Of a stretch of DNA of 64,000 nucleotides, positions 38,422 through 52,315 are shown in pieces (the stretch's first letter is position 1; each line of letters opens with the position of its first letter). The stretch spans positions 28,954,001 to 29,018,000 of the forward strand of contig NW_026262679.1 of assembly GCF_021869535.1 (NCBI RefSeq), read 5' to 3'. This stretch comes from Mytilus californianus. Its lineage: Eukaryota. The notes under the pieces are model-generated. The model had not been told where the DNA came from and did not search any database. It saw only the letters and a program-made list of their open reading frames with translations. A program made the position numbers and the translations under genes.

Positions 38422-38695
38422 TTATTCAGTCATGTTCAGTCTTTCAGTTGGTTTACAATGATATCCACTGCAGTAAATTCAGTTCTGTTCAGCTAGCAGT
38501 CAATTCAGTTATGTTCAGTACTTTTTCAGGTAATTCAGTATGACATTGATGTGTACAGGTAAATAATAACTACTGAACAGTCTGAAGATAGACTAAACAG
38601 GACTTAATTGACTGCAAGCGAATAGGGTGAAAAGTACTGAATTTACCGCACGGATAAACTAAAAAATGACTGAAAGACTGAAGATTGCTGAATAA
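38422..38695. mobile_element. MITE (~274 bp) with TTCAG-rich imperfect TIRs
   Basis: TTATTCAGTCATGTTCAGTCTTTCAGT versus the reverse complement of GACTGAAAGACTGAAGATTGCTGAATAA; possible TA TSD. Confidence 0.65.
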
Positions 38696-41334
38696 TTTAT
38701 TGATCATTATTTTAATGCGGTTCAGATCAAAATGACAGTTTCATATTAAAATTGGCTCACTGGTGGATTATACGTCATTTAGTCAATCATTCAAATGGAA
38801 GTATTGTAATTTTAAATTCAAGCATGAGAAAGGTGGGAAACGTTATAAGACTTAATTCTAACATCATAATATTTCTTGTAATAGTATTTTCATACACCAG
38901 TGTATGTGTATCATGTTAGTTCTATTTGGCGTTTCTTGAAAAGATGTGTCTCATTATTATTGATGTGGTACTTTTTTCTCTACTGATCAACATTTAAGCA
39001 TGCTTGAACTGTTAACACTTTCCATTCTATGTCATAACTTAAAAGTTTTACTGAAATTAAATCTTTTAAGCGTCCAAATGACGACATATCAGATTTTAAC
39101 ATGTCTGATGACATCCGTCTTCGAAAGGTTAATGAAAGTGTTGAACAAAAGACATATCTGAGATGTATTGCCAGGCAAAAATATATGTACCTCAATGTAA
39201 CGCCTACAGCTTTTAAAAACAAATCATAACAAATCTAATTGTGTGTTTTGTATGGGAAAGTCATTTGAAAACTATCAAGAAATTTAAAGGTAAAGAAATT
39301 TAAAGACTGAGAGGGCAAATCAGCAATATAAAAACAGCGTAGCCTAAATTAATGCATACAGTCATTCAATATCAATATTAAACAACCACCATTATACACA
39401 TTGATACTATAAACTAATACGGTTTGCCTGTCTGATGTGTTATGTTCGCTTATGTGGTTTTTTGTTGTTGGCCTCCTTGTAATTGTATATGTCATATCTA
39501 AACATAGTTCAATATATAGTTTTATTAAACACTTAATATTTGAAGGTATCTGGTACTAGACCATTTTATTTTTTACTGTAAAGAAAAATATGCATATTTC
39601 ATTTTTCTTTATAGTTAAAAATATCAATATATCTCCTGTATAGTAATTGAATTATTTGTATGATCTAAATTCGATTCAAAATTGAACATTACATGCAATT
39701 ACAAATATACATATATGCGGAAAACTACACGTAGAAAGTAACGTAACATGTTAACAGGAACACTAAGTCCGATTTTTGTTTACCAAAAAAATAAAAAAAA
39801 TGTCTGGCCGATGCTATGTGTGAATTACTTTAAATGGAAGCTAAGAGGCGATTTGTGAATTACTTTAAATGGAAGTTAAGAAGCGATTTGTCAATGTTGC
39901 AGACAGACAGATCTGAAATTACACCGGATTCCATGAATCGATTGAAGCGAATACAGTTTAAACTACCGGTAAGGTTTCTGACTTGGGAGCAGGAAATACA
40001 CAGAAACTATTCCCACATTTTTTTTTGTTATCTTCATTGTTAATGTGTATTTTCTTTATCGATTTATGAGATTTGAACATCAATAAAATGCTCAGTGTTG
40101 TCTTTATTTACGTAATGTTCATTTCAGAATCAAATTGTTTTACTGAAACTAACATAATAACATCTGCAATACGTTTAGGATTTTTAAAATCTTGCTATTA
40201 TCATAGAAAATTGTCATTTTGAGATTGTAACAATTGTGTTTTGACATAATACTGTAATGTCCAACAACTCACGCAGACAAATGATATATATCTAAATGGT
40301 GGTATAGTATGGTAACCTAATTTAAAACACCGCAAGAAACAATCCTAATAATAGGATTGCGAAGGGACACGGGGAATGTGTCAAAGAGACAACAACCCGA
40401 CCAAAGAGCAGAAAACAATCCAACAATAGGTCTTCAACGTAGCGAGAAATAGCAGCAAACGGAAGTGGGCTTCAGCTGGCCCCTAAACTAATATTTTTGA
40501 AAGCACTCGGACAAACTGCTTAAGAGGAGTTGCGATCACAATGTGTAGTTTTGCCACAATAGGCCAAAAACGAGCGCAGTCAGGCAGCCTTTACAGAAAT
40601 AAAAAAAAATCGGTGTAGTAGGGTCAAGTCCAAATAATGAAAAACTCACTACAAGTGACTAGTCCTCTTAAAGGAAACTTCAAAGTGAGTGTTTCGTTAA
40701 TGAATGAATGTTAGCAATACCTATCTCAATTCTTTTAATAACTATGATGTAATTTGATTAAGCTATTTCGGAATTGTAGTTTTTAATGCTCTTGAAAAAG
40801 TATAACAAAAAGTACCGAACGCAAAGGAAATTCAAAAAAGGAAGTCCATTGAAACTGACAAAATCAAACGCTATCAGTCAACGGATCAAGTGAGAAAATA
40901 AAATTGATCTTATAGTAATATTTAACGTAAAGTTGTTTTTGGTGTTTTTTTGTTTTGTTCGGGTGTCATTCCAAAAAGATGTCAGAGTTCGGGATAAAAA
41001 AAAAGTGCGTCGTTATTTACGCGAGTTTTCTCCCATATTCCAGGAAAGGAAAAAATAGCCACACAACCGAGATAAACGTTAACTTTGTGCGGTTTATCGA
41101 GAGTCCAAACAAGAATCCCTGAGCTGTGTCAAAACTGCAAAGAAATGAGATTAAAATGAATTAAATCAGAAATCTGAGTATGCTATTGTCAGTGAATCTG
41201 ATCCGGTTACCACTGTTGCCGTTTCAGACACGTAGAGACTGGTCCAAAATAAAACTTAATATGTTTATATCAACAGAGAGTGATACCGCTTTATTACAAA
41301 AATATAACCAAATAAATAAGATACCACATTCTGT

Positions 41335-41620
41335 ATGTGCCTGTCCCAAGTCAGGAGCCTGTAATTCAGTGGTTGTCGTATGTTGCTATATATCATATTT
41401 TTTTTCGTTCATTATTTTGTACATATATCAGGCCGTTAAATTTCTCGTTTGATTTTTTTTACATTTGTCATTTCGAAGCCTTTTATAGCTGACTATGCTG
41501 TTTGGGTTTTGATCATTGTTGAAGGCCGTACGGTGACCTATAGTTGTTAACTTCTATGTCATTTGTCTCTTGCGGAGATTTGTCTCTTTGGCAATCATAC
41601 CACATCTTCTTATTTTTATA
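41335..41620 (-). repeat. Dispersed repeat family A copy
   Basis: Reverse complement of 24033-24400 and 59583-59790. Confidence 0.85.
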
Positions 41621-44600
41621 TAAACAAATAAAACTGTTATTATATTCTTCTTCTATTGGCACCAAGATGAATAAATCTTTTGTAAACTGTAATTGTATAC
41701 GAAATAAATACAGTAGCAAAACATTGAAGATAAAATGATAACTTTGCGAATGTGTGTGTTGATCTAGAAAGACATTGGCATGCTTGTTTTCATCAACACA
41801 AAGATGAATTTAGAAATGCAATTTCAAATTTTAGCACATTATTCATATTTCTATAGAAAGTTGGAAGATACCGGGGATTACACTAGTGAACCATATTACA
41901 GGAAACGGTGTACAAGTCGAAGAAAGACAAACAACGCCACTGCCAAAAGAACAAAGACGACAAAAAAGAAACAACAAAGTCAGACCCCAAAATACTGCAC
42001 AGATTGAAACTTATAATTGATCATGAACACGGTTTAACTCAGAGTAAGTAAAGATGTGAAAGCTTTGTCGTTTAACCTTATCCAGGTGCAGAATATTAAC
42101 AGTTCTTAACAGGTGTCTTCTTTTCCGTCCGCAAATTTTGGGAAAGTTAAATCTGAATTTTTTAATCATAGTTGAAAATAGCTGAACGTTTTATACATAT
42201 ATTCAATGCAATCCATTTTCATTATATACAGGCACAATTCTCATAGCACGACACTAGACATATTCGTTTAGCATTACATTATGAACAGTCTCGTTGCACT
42301 CTTATAATCACTTGGTTATTTACTAATTTGTCTGTCCTAAAAATATTTAGGGAATTACATTATCAAATGTCAAGATGTTAGACCAAAGTTGATTTATTAT
42401 ACATAATAATGATGATTATTGTAGCTGATTTTATGGTTTTGGTCCTATCTTGAAAAAGTGTACATGATTTATATGAGAAAAAGAAATATATGAAGGTATA
42501 TAATTAATATATGAATATTTGATATTTTATTGCAATGTGAAAATATTTTACGAAATAATTGTGTAATGTTTGTTTTTGTTAATGTCATATTGCCCATCAA
42601 TGACCTTTATTTGGAATAATAAACATTATTATTATTATAACATCACACTAAGTGCATTTTTATATAGTATCACACTGGGTAGATTCGTATAGCTTCACAA
42701 TGGGTACATTGTAATATACTAGGTACATTTATAGCAAAACACTAGGAATAACATTGTAGTAATACACTAGGTATGTCGATCTTATAGTATTGAATTAAGT
42801 GTTACTATGTTGTCGTTTTGAATATGCATAAACTATGTAACACTAGGTACTATGAACAGTGGTTGTCGTTTTTAGCTGCGTATCATATCTGTTATTCGTT
42901 TGTTGTTTTGTACGTAAATCAGGTCGTTGATTTACCTGTTTGAATTGTTTTACATTTTTCCATGTCTGGGCCTTTTATAGCTTACTATGCCGTATTTGTT
43001 TGCTAATAGGTGAAAGCCGTACGGTGACCTATAGTGGCTAACTCAAGTTCTCACCTTTTTTTTTTTTATTAATAGACACGAATTTGGTATTTGAGACGCC
43101 CATTCTGTATTCGATTCGTCATTTCTTTTTTGAAATAGTCATTCGATTTTTAAATGTTCACATGGTTTCTCAAAATCCATGGGTGTTGCAGTGGTGAGAA
43201 ATACATTTTCGAAATTTTATCATATCGAAATACCAAAGCTAATTTGATGCCCGTATACGAATTTATTTCTCGTCAGTAATCAAATATTGGAATAAACTAC
43301 TTTGTTTTGAAATAGCTTTCGGTAACAGCAAGTACTCTTAGATAAGTGATTTGTGTTTTTTTTTGTCTTTTGTTTAAGTGTTTTGTTGGAATTCGTGCCG
43401 ATCCATTGATTCGACCCGTTCCGAAAAAGTTATTCAGTTTGTAGTTATGTTTTGCTGTTCCACCATTAACGCAGATTAGGGTAGGTTTAATTTCGCCACA
43501 GTCTTTTTGTGACTATCCAAAATCAGGAACAGGTGGTTGCTCTCGGTCATACCTTATTTTTACTTATTGTATATAACATAAACCAAGCCGTTGGTTTTCT
43601 CTTTGAACTGTTTCAGATTGGTGGCGGAAGATACCGAGGGGAAATAAAAATTTGATAGTTGAATAGAAACTTACAACGCAATGACAATAAGAGAAACAAA
43701 TCAACTAAAACGCTAATGAAAACTAAAAACTGAGCAACACCGTCAAAGCAATATAAATAAAACCTTTGAAAACCATATGGTATTTAGTCTATTTTAAGGG
43801 TTCACTTGATTTACTTAGCTTCAAGCACTATTGTTGGAAATTTGATAAGGTAAAGTCAGATAGTTGTCTCATTGGCAATAACACCACATCTGCTTATTTT
43901 ATATCAGCGTATAGCAATTTAAAAAAAATGTTTTGATTCATCATACAAAGAGGCGTATTGAGATTAAAAAATATTCTGTCTCATTCAAGACACAAACGGC
44001 ATCGATTAGAATATTTATTACATTCCACTATTTTCATATACAAAGTTAATTTGCACTTTCAATGGTTCTGGTCTTTTTAAGAATTGCATCCTATTCTTTG
44101 ACATTTATGAAAATTATCGGTTTCTATTTTCTTGCAAATAAATTTTCAAAGAATAACACGATTTAAATTTAAACTGCTATTCTTATTATTGTAGCATGCC
44201 TATATTGTATCTTTCCGCCATTTTAATTGTAAATTGCTCAATCAACATGATCTTATATTTTTATTTAACTAGACAACGTTTAAAGTTTCATGAACCCAAG
44301 GCGTTTACCGATTTAATTAAAAACGTTATCAAACTATTAAGAATGTTGTAATGTTGTTCAATGGATTTGTATGCCTTATTAATATTTTCATTTTCGTCGT
44401 TCAAGATCAGAGTTATTGGACATTAATCTTCAAAAAAAGTAAGCACTTCAAATATTCACTCACATGTCGCGCATTAATCAAGTGTGCTTTTGGTGATTTA
44501 CTTTACACTTTTATTATCAATAGTAGTTTGAGGGTCGTTATGCTTTTTGACAAAAATTGTCATACACAGAGCTTCTTTAAAAAAAGAAAAAGTCCAACAG

Positions 44601-44744
44601 CTTTAGCTAAATATATCACATATTAAAATGCAAAGTTTGCGAAATAAGATCGAATTAAACTAAAACATTTGTTTTATGTGCCTAGAGGATAGAATAGTTT
44701 ACCGATGAAACTACAATTTATTTTTTCTTAGAGATAAAATTGAG

Positions 44745-45065
44745 AATGAAAATGGGAATGTTTAAAAGATACAACAACCCGACCAAAGAGCAGATAACAG
44801 CCGAAGGCCACCAATTGGTCTTCAACACAGCGTGAAAATCCCATACCCAGAGACTGGCTTCAGCTGGCCCCTGAATAAAATATGTGTACTAGTTCATTGA
44901 AAATGGACGTCACACTATACTCCAAAACATATAAATGAACTAAAATTAAAAAAAACATACAAGACTAACAAAGACCAGAGGCTCCTGACTTGACACAGGC
45001 GCAAAAATGCGGCGGTGTTAAACATGTTTTGTGAGATCTCAACCCTCCCCCTATAGCCAATGTAG
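44745..45065 (+). repeat. Dispersed repeat family B copy (probably continues to ~45600)
   Basis: Homologous to 32555-32897 (inverted). Confidence 0.85.
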
Positions 45066-48000
45066 AATAAACAAACACACAGCAATACGAACAGTAACAC
45101 TCAGTTTAAAAGAAGTCCGAGTCCGATGTCAGAATAGGTAACAAAAGAAACTATGCAAAATGACAATGATACATAAATTAACAAAGGACAACTAGCAGTT
45201 ACTGACATGCCAGCTCCAGACCTCAATTAAACTGAATGAATGATTATGTCTTCATCATATGAAAATCAAGCACAATCCTTCCCGTTAGGGGTATAGTATC
45301 ACACCATCATAAAATATATGAGAAGAACATAACCCGTGTCATGCCAACATCTGGTTTTAGAATAAATGTTAATTTCCGATGCAAAGACCCTATGAGTGAA
45401 TCAATATTAATACCAAAATATGCCATCTTTAATGACCTGACAACAGTATCGTAACTATATCCCTTCTGAATAAGTCTGTTTAAAGGTTTTGTTAGCTTTT
45501 GAGGTGAATGTCGACATTTTTGTGCTTTGTATAGAATATTACCATAAAAGATTGGATGTGAAATACCTGAACGTATAAGATGTCTGCATTTTGATTTATA
45601 TTTAGAGTATAGTTACAAAAATTAGGAAGTAACTGTACAAAACAGGCATGTAAAAAGGATCCTGAGAGATATCGGAGATATATATATATATTTTTTTTAT
45701 TTATATATGGTGTAAAAACTACTGTAGAAAAGTGTTTTGGTAATTTTTGGATACATGTTGAAATCGAAACGCTTTTTCTTATCACAACTTTAAAAATGGA
45801 GGGATGATGTTATATTATTACGTGTATATTCAGTCACATTTAAAAGTTAAATCTGAAGCATCAAATTATCAAGTTACTTTATCATTTTAATGAAAAGATG
45901 AAAATGTTTAAAATGTCTAAATTTGTTTTCAGAAACAGAAGTTGCAAAAGAACACTGAAGAAACATGCATTAGCGTGTCGAATGAAATGTAGACATTTTA
46001 GCAAGTGTACTGTTACGTTCGAAAAGAAATGAAAGCGCTCTCCCTTTGATATATTGTTTATGCTCAATTCTTTAAATTGTTGTCTCCTATACACCCACAT
46101 ATGAATAGCAATATATCTTTTTTTGCGTAACGTATTACAATATGTTCACCAGCAGAACATTTCCACGCAGTAGAAAAATAATAGTGCAAATTGCAAGTAC
46201 ATGAAGTTAGTGTCTTGAATGGTTCTATTCCCATTCCTTGAATACATCGATCTCTTTTTTCTAAGTTGATTATTTAGTTAATTTGATGTTTCGAAACATG
46301 TTGATGCGTTTAACATTAAAGAGAAAATTTGTCAATTGAGTTAATAAATTTGTACTTGGATATTGTTTATGACTGACATTCGAACGAAGTAATGTAACGG
46401 AAATAAAACTTTGATAATGTAACTGTCCATTATAATCTTAAAACAAACTTGCATGTACCGTGACATTTCATATTTTACACAATGGAGTGTTTGGTATTAC
46501 CATATTTCACTTTCATTAGATGTCATCAAGGATTTGCAACAAACATTTTAAACACTGTCTCTTTACTCAAGGTGTTGATGTCATATTGTCTGGCTTTACT
46601 GCGTTGGCTATTTGTTAATTAAAACTTGTATTTATTGGTTTGTTATTGTTGCTGCGAGTCACCACTCTCATTCAATCTTCACCTTAGAATCCTGTATCTA
46701 GTTTTTCATATATATTCGCCATCACATAACGTCTTTAAGAAATATCAGTAGGCGTACGCTGTTTGGGAAAGTGACCAAGGAAATATACTTGGGGTATAAC
46801 GTGCGGATAAATGAAGATGGACAATAATAATTGTCAATATCGTGTTTAAGCTGAGTTTTGGTGGTTTGAAAATCAACCATATGGTAAAAAAAATGCGTAA
46901 AATTGTAAAAAATTTAGCATCTTCTACTTTTAAAGTCGTGTTTGTTACCAAAAGTAGACTTCCCGATCATTTGATACTGTACATTGATAATATAAATCAA
47001 ATAAATTAATAGATGAATATAAATAGGTGAGACGTTCAGATCAACATGTAATTATATTAAAGTGGCACTTCGAACTACATACAGCGCAGCTTACATATAT
47101 ATACAAACCGAGTTTTGTGTTTGAGTAAATATTTACGAAACTAGCTATATAATTTACTACATTTACTACGTGCGATTAGAAGTTTAAGCAACCTACCTAT
47201 TCATATACTTGTCGATATAATTGCTACGTAAGCTTTGAACTTAAACAAGATTAATGCTATTCCAATAAAAACAGATTAGTGAAAGTTGGACAGGATTTAT
47301 TGCATCCCACACAGCAGAATCGACATCTTCTGTCATCATGTTTTTGTCTGATGTGAACATTTCAAGTTTTTCATTTCTATATCCCAGTCAACCTATGGGA
47401 AGGAAACGTGTTCCACTTTCATTGGACTGTTGGTGTAGCATATTATGTCTGTTATTCAAAATAAGGTAGTTAACAAATCATAACTTCGCATTTAAAGAAG
47501 TAACGTCCGAGTCATAGGAAGGACACCAATAAGAATTTAAATTAAAACCATACTAAATATTATTGGTATACACTAATGCACTTTCACGAGACTACAATCT
47601 GTCAATACCTATATCTTGGCATCGCACAAGGTCATGTTTTTCTCTTCTGATGTGTACTGATCGATATTTTAGTCTTAGATACTTGAATATTTTTGGCTTT
47701 GAACTATCTGTTAGTAACCGCGCGAGTACTTTCGGATCTGTACTTTGTGTCTTTTTTGTTGTTAAGGATGTATAAATACCCTGCCACGTCCGGTCTGTGT
47801 TTTGTTAGATGTTTTTATGCTGTGTATCGATCTGATGAGTTAAACCCTTTTCAACTGATTTTTATAATTTAATAGAATAGAAAAGAAAGGATTGTTCTCA
47901 TGTTGTGCTGTTACACCACAGTCCCAGGTTAGGGAAGGTTTAAACGCTTCTACCTTAAAAACTGTCGATAAATATTTATATCGTTGTAAACGCCTTGCAA

Positions 48001-48351
48001 GTATGATTATGCAAATACTGTCACTTATTCATTATGTTAGTTTAAGACGGAGAGGATATGATACGGCCCCTGGATATTGAAATCATAAATGATTGATTAC
48101 AAATCAATCAAATTATATTCATCTGATGTTAACGAGACATTATCTATTATATATTAGTATTTTTATTTTTTGATTTTGTTTTACAAATTGCTTTAGATCT
48201 TCAAAGTCTTTGCATTCAAGGAAATACTGGGTCAATTTCCCTAGAATGGTCTCATTATACATTGATATATATTTTGACTCCTCAAAATCCAAGAGTCTAT
48301 CCTAGATTGAGGTAAATTGTATGGCTTTCCAAATACCGTTTCGATTCCTAG

Positions 48352-48393
48352 CATCACTGAAGAGACATTAATTGTCGAAATCCGGATATGGTG
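48352..48393 (+). ncRNA. Minimal type I hammerhead ribozyme (copy 1); predicted cleavage after 48388 (AUA)
   Basis: CAUCA-CUGAAGA-GACA(UUAAU)UGUC-GAA-AUCCGGAU-A-UGGUG. All core nucleotides are present, stems I and II pair, and stem III is palindromic. Confidence 0.85.
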
Positions 48394-48890
48394 TACAAAA
48401 ACCTTTGCACCTTTTGTTTGCGGTATACCATCTTTTCCACAAGTTTGTTGTTTTCTGTTTAGTATTAAATTTATAATTAAGATCCATTTATTACATCGGT
48501 GATCCGTTTATTTGGCCATCGCCAATGGCAGATAGCAGGGTTTAAGAACATTTGTTGTTCGACATGTTAGTCAAATGCGTTTTGTTAAAATATACTTTTT
48601 CGCTTTTTTGGTCTTTTGGAAAATGGTGTTTGTGCTGTTTTTAGACCCCTCTAACAAGAAATTTGTTTTGCATGCACACGTATAAAAATTGCGGTTTTTA
48701 TCCAAAGCAATCATAGGTTTGAATGTTGTTTTCAATTTAGACTTGTTTATATTTTTTTGTTTGGGCTTGTATTATATTTGCCGTAGGGTTTATATGATCC
48801 GTTCATCCTATTTTGACTCCTCAAAATTCAAGAGTCTATCCTAAATTGAGGTAAATTGTTGGGCTTTACAATTACCGTTTCGATTCCTAA

Positions 48891-48932
48891 CATCACTGAA
48901 GAGACATTATTTGTCGAAATCCGGATATGGTG
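48891..48932 (+). ncRNA. Minimal type I hammerhead ribozyme (copy 2); predicted cleavage after 48927
   Basis: CAUCA-CUGAAGA-GACA(UUAUU)UGUC-GAA-AUCCGGAU-A-UGGUG; the only change from copy 1 is in loop II. Confidence 0.85.
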
Positions 48933-50489
48933 TACAAAAACCTTTGCACCTTTTGTTTGCGGTATATCATCTTTTCCGCAAGTTTATTGTATTCTGTTTA
49001 GTATTCAATTTAAAATTAAGATCCATTTATTACATCGGTGATCCGTCTATTTGGCAATCGCCAATGGCAGTCAGCAGGGTTTAAGAACATTTGTTGTTCG
49101 ACCTGTTAGTCAAATGCGTTTTGTTAAAATATACTTTTTCACTTTTTTGGTCTTTTGGAAAATGTTGTTTGTGCTGTATTTAGACCCCTCTAACAAGAAA
49201 TTTGTTTTGCATGCACACGTATAAAAATTGCGGTTTTTATCCAACGCAATCATAGGTTTGATCGTTGTTTTCAATTTAGACTTGTATATATATATATGAA
49301 CAATGTCTTAATGATTTTTAGTTTGTCGTTTAGAGAATTCGATGTTCACGACATATCGTTTCTGTTGAATTTGTACTATTAAGAGCTTGAAATATTGTGC
49401 AGACACTAGGTTTTGTTGAGGACCGTAGTAAGATTGGATTTTTGTTTGTCGCTTGGATATGTTAACAAATATTAAACATGGTCTTTAACTCAGAGGTAAA
49501 AGGAAACAATCTTCTTCCGAGTATCTCAAAAATACTAACTTTATTAACACAATGAAACATTTCTAAGTATTAAAGTTTGGCGCAGCAATATGTTGTACTA
49601 AACAATTCTTAATATCTTACTTAAATAAATGATTGTTTGCAAACTGTTGAAACAAAACAGTTACGAAACTACATTACATTTGAACTATTATCTAACGACT
49701 GCTGCAAAATATTTTGTTTCAAATTCCCATAAATTGGAAAAGAAAGGATACTAGGTGGGTGTACAGAAGACTACAATCTAATGAATTGAGGAAATACTAT
49801 ATCAAAGTAATGTCTTATGTTACTGTTTATCAAAGCAATTAGTAAACTTGTTCATTGAAAAAATACAACATCTGTTTATTGCAACAATAAATATTATGGC
49901 GAATGATTGTTTCCCTTTCATGATATGAAAGAAGTTATATAATTTATATAATATTGATGTATATTATGATTCGTTTCTGAAAAAGGTGACCAAAAAACAT
50001 ATTTCGGTGATTTTTTCAATAAAAGAGAAGGTAAGATAAGATCAATTTTGGCCTATTGAATTTGAAAATCAAAAGTTATAGTAAAACTACTAAAATAACA
50101 TTCTTCAGATGTTCATAAATCATCCGTCTGTCAACATTAATATTTCTATTTTTGAATTTTGTCTTGCACATTGGCATTTGGCTGTGGTCACACCTTACCG
50201 GATAGCTCGAACGGACGCCGAACGGATGAGAAAAAAAGTTTTCCGTTGACAAAATTTGTATCCGTTGGGTGTCCGTTGGTATACTGATCAAATAAAACGA
50301 ACGGGTAACGAATGCCTAACGGACACTCACAGGATATGCAACGTACGAGAAACTGAAACGTACCGGACAGAACGGACGTCGAACGTACATCCAACGGACG
50401 AGTACCGCATAAAACGGACACCTAACGGAAGCGTACCGGATAAAACGGATGAACAAGATAAGCGGAAAATTAAAAGCGATAATAATAAT

Positions 50490-51650
50490 TAGGGATGTCA
50501 ACGATTACTTGAGTACTGGAGTATCGCTCGGTAGTACCGAGTATCGAATACCAAAATAATACTCGACTATAATCGGTTTTCTGTTAGAATGTTGTTGCCT
50601 TTTTAAAGAAAAAATATTTTTATTAAGAGCGCCTCCCGGGAAATTAAATATTGATCAAAATTAATCAAAATTAAAATACGTTTCGAATGTTTGCGTTTAA
50701 TTGTCATTTAAAATTCCCACGAACAGAGGTAGGCTATGCACAAGAGCACCTTTCCAAGGTCTACACTTTTAGCTAATCTTGTCTTAGTCATTCTACCACC
50801 TCGATCTGTACCACCAGAGCAAATATTTTCATCAGCATAACTGTTAGTTGCGTAACAAAGTTGATAAATCGACTCGTCCCAGAAAAAAGTTGACCAGATA
50901 ATATATCTAAATCAGAACAAATTCGTTGCACCCTGTGTCGACCCTCAGAAAATGGTTAAAGTTCTAATCATCACCCCTTTGTTGATCATTGAATGTGTTT
51001 CTTTACGATTCCCAAATACTGTTGTTTGAGTACTCAATTTTCTATAGATATTTATTAATTAATTGATTAGATTATTGTCAGTTTACATAATTAGTACATG
51101 TAGTAAATGAGCTATTAATTATGGTATACAATTCCTGGGACTATCATCTAGTCCTAGGTAATAATGTTGAGGGTTTTACGTCCATAAGACAACTCCCCAC
51201 AATCCGTAAATTGGGTATAATTTTGAATGAATGCATCTTTATTCTCACAAACCAAATACATAGTTACAGAGAAGATAATATATTACATTGATACAAATAT
51301 TAATAATAAAGCACATGTGAAATACAAATGACTGTTATATAATATTATAAAATATATTTGGACAAAAGATAAAAAAAACCATATACTAGTAGTTGTTTTT
51401 AACCAGGAGGTTAGACTTTCACAGAAATAGATTTAATAAAAGTTTCTTAAGCTCAACACAATTTCGGGTTGAACATACTTGTTTGAATTTAATAACATTT
51501 ATATTATTATTACAATATTGTGGTGAGTATTTGCTTCTTTCATCTTTGTGCTTCCATTTTGCATATGTTTTTCCGAGCGAGTACTCGAGTATCGCTCGGT
51601 AAATCCAACGAGTACTCGAATGGAAAATCTTCACCGAGTTGACATCCCTA
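50490..51650. mobile_element. Non-autonomous hAT element, 1161 bp
   Basis: 13-bp TIR TAGGGATGTCAAC at both ends. 8-bp TSD ATAATAAT at 50482-89 and 51651-58. The empty site is preserved in Harbinger copy 2 (~53005-53025). GAGTA-type subterminal repeats. Confidence 0.92.
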
Positions 51651-52315
51651 ATAATAATACATATCTTTCAGGACTAAGCAATGATCTTGCCCACCATCTC
51701 CTTTGTTTTCTCCTTCTTCTCCTTTCGACAACTAGTAGGTTTATATTTGCAGCATTTAAGTTCAGTCGGACCTGAATAAGAGCTGCTTGATAGTGAAGAC
51801 ATGCTCTTATTCCAAGATCCATCATGATAAATAGACGTTCATGACACTCAAGAAATCTTATATATCAATAATTGTCATTTCTGAGTGACGCGAAATTTTC
51901 AATTGGCATTTATGCGTTTTACATTCGGTAGGTATCCGTTATCCTTTCGTTCATGTCCGTTTCCCATCCGTTCATCGTCCGTTTTATCCGTTATACGTCC
52001 GGTAGAAGTCCGTTGGTGAATTTGTCTACCGGACCTCTAACGGATGTATAACGGACAAGTAACGGATACAAAACGGAAACGAAACGGACGAGTACCGTAC
52101 AAAACGGACGCCTACCAGACGTTTAACGGACACTTCATCCATTGGACGTCCGTTCAAAGTTTTGAACATGCTCAAAATTTTCCACCGGACAGAACGGACG
52201 TCGACGGATAAAACGGACGCTAAACGGACATGAAACGGATATGGACGGACGTCTAACGGATAAGAACGGACATGAACGGATTGAAAAAAAAGTTATCCGT
52301 TCGAGCTATCCGTTA

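Larger units (their letters stand above)
48270..49285 (+). repeat. 539-bp direct tandem repeat (1.9 units), hammerhead-bearing: retrozyme-like or PLE pseudo-LTR
   Basis: Unit 1 is 48270-48808; unit 2 is 48809-49285 and ends at a (TA)n run. The offset of 539 was verified at both ends. Confidence 0.95.

Noticed and set aside
39818-39890. 35-bp tandem duplication
   Set aside because: An ordinary slippage duplication with no further structure.
47280-47420. C2H2-like remnant on the minus strand (HIRQKHDDRRCRFCCVGCNKS)
   Set aside because: Too short and surrounded by stops; could be chance.
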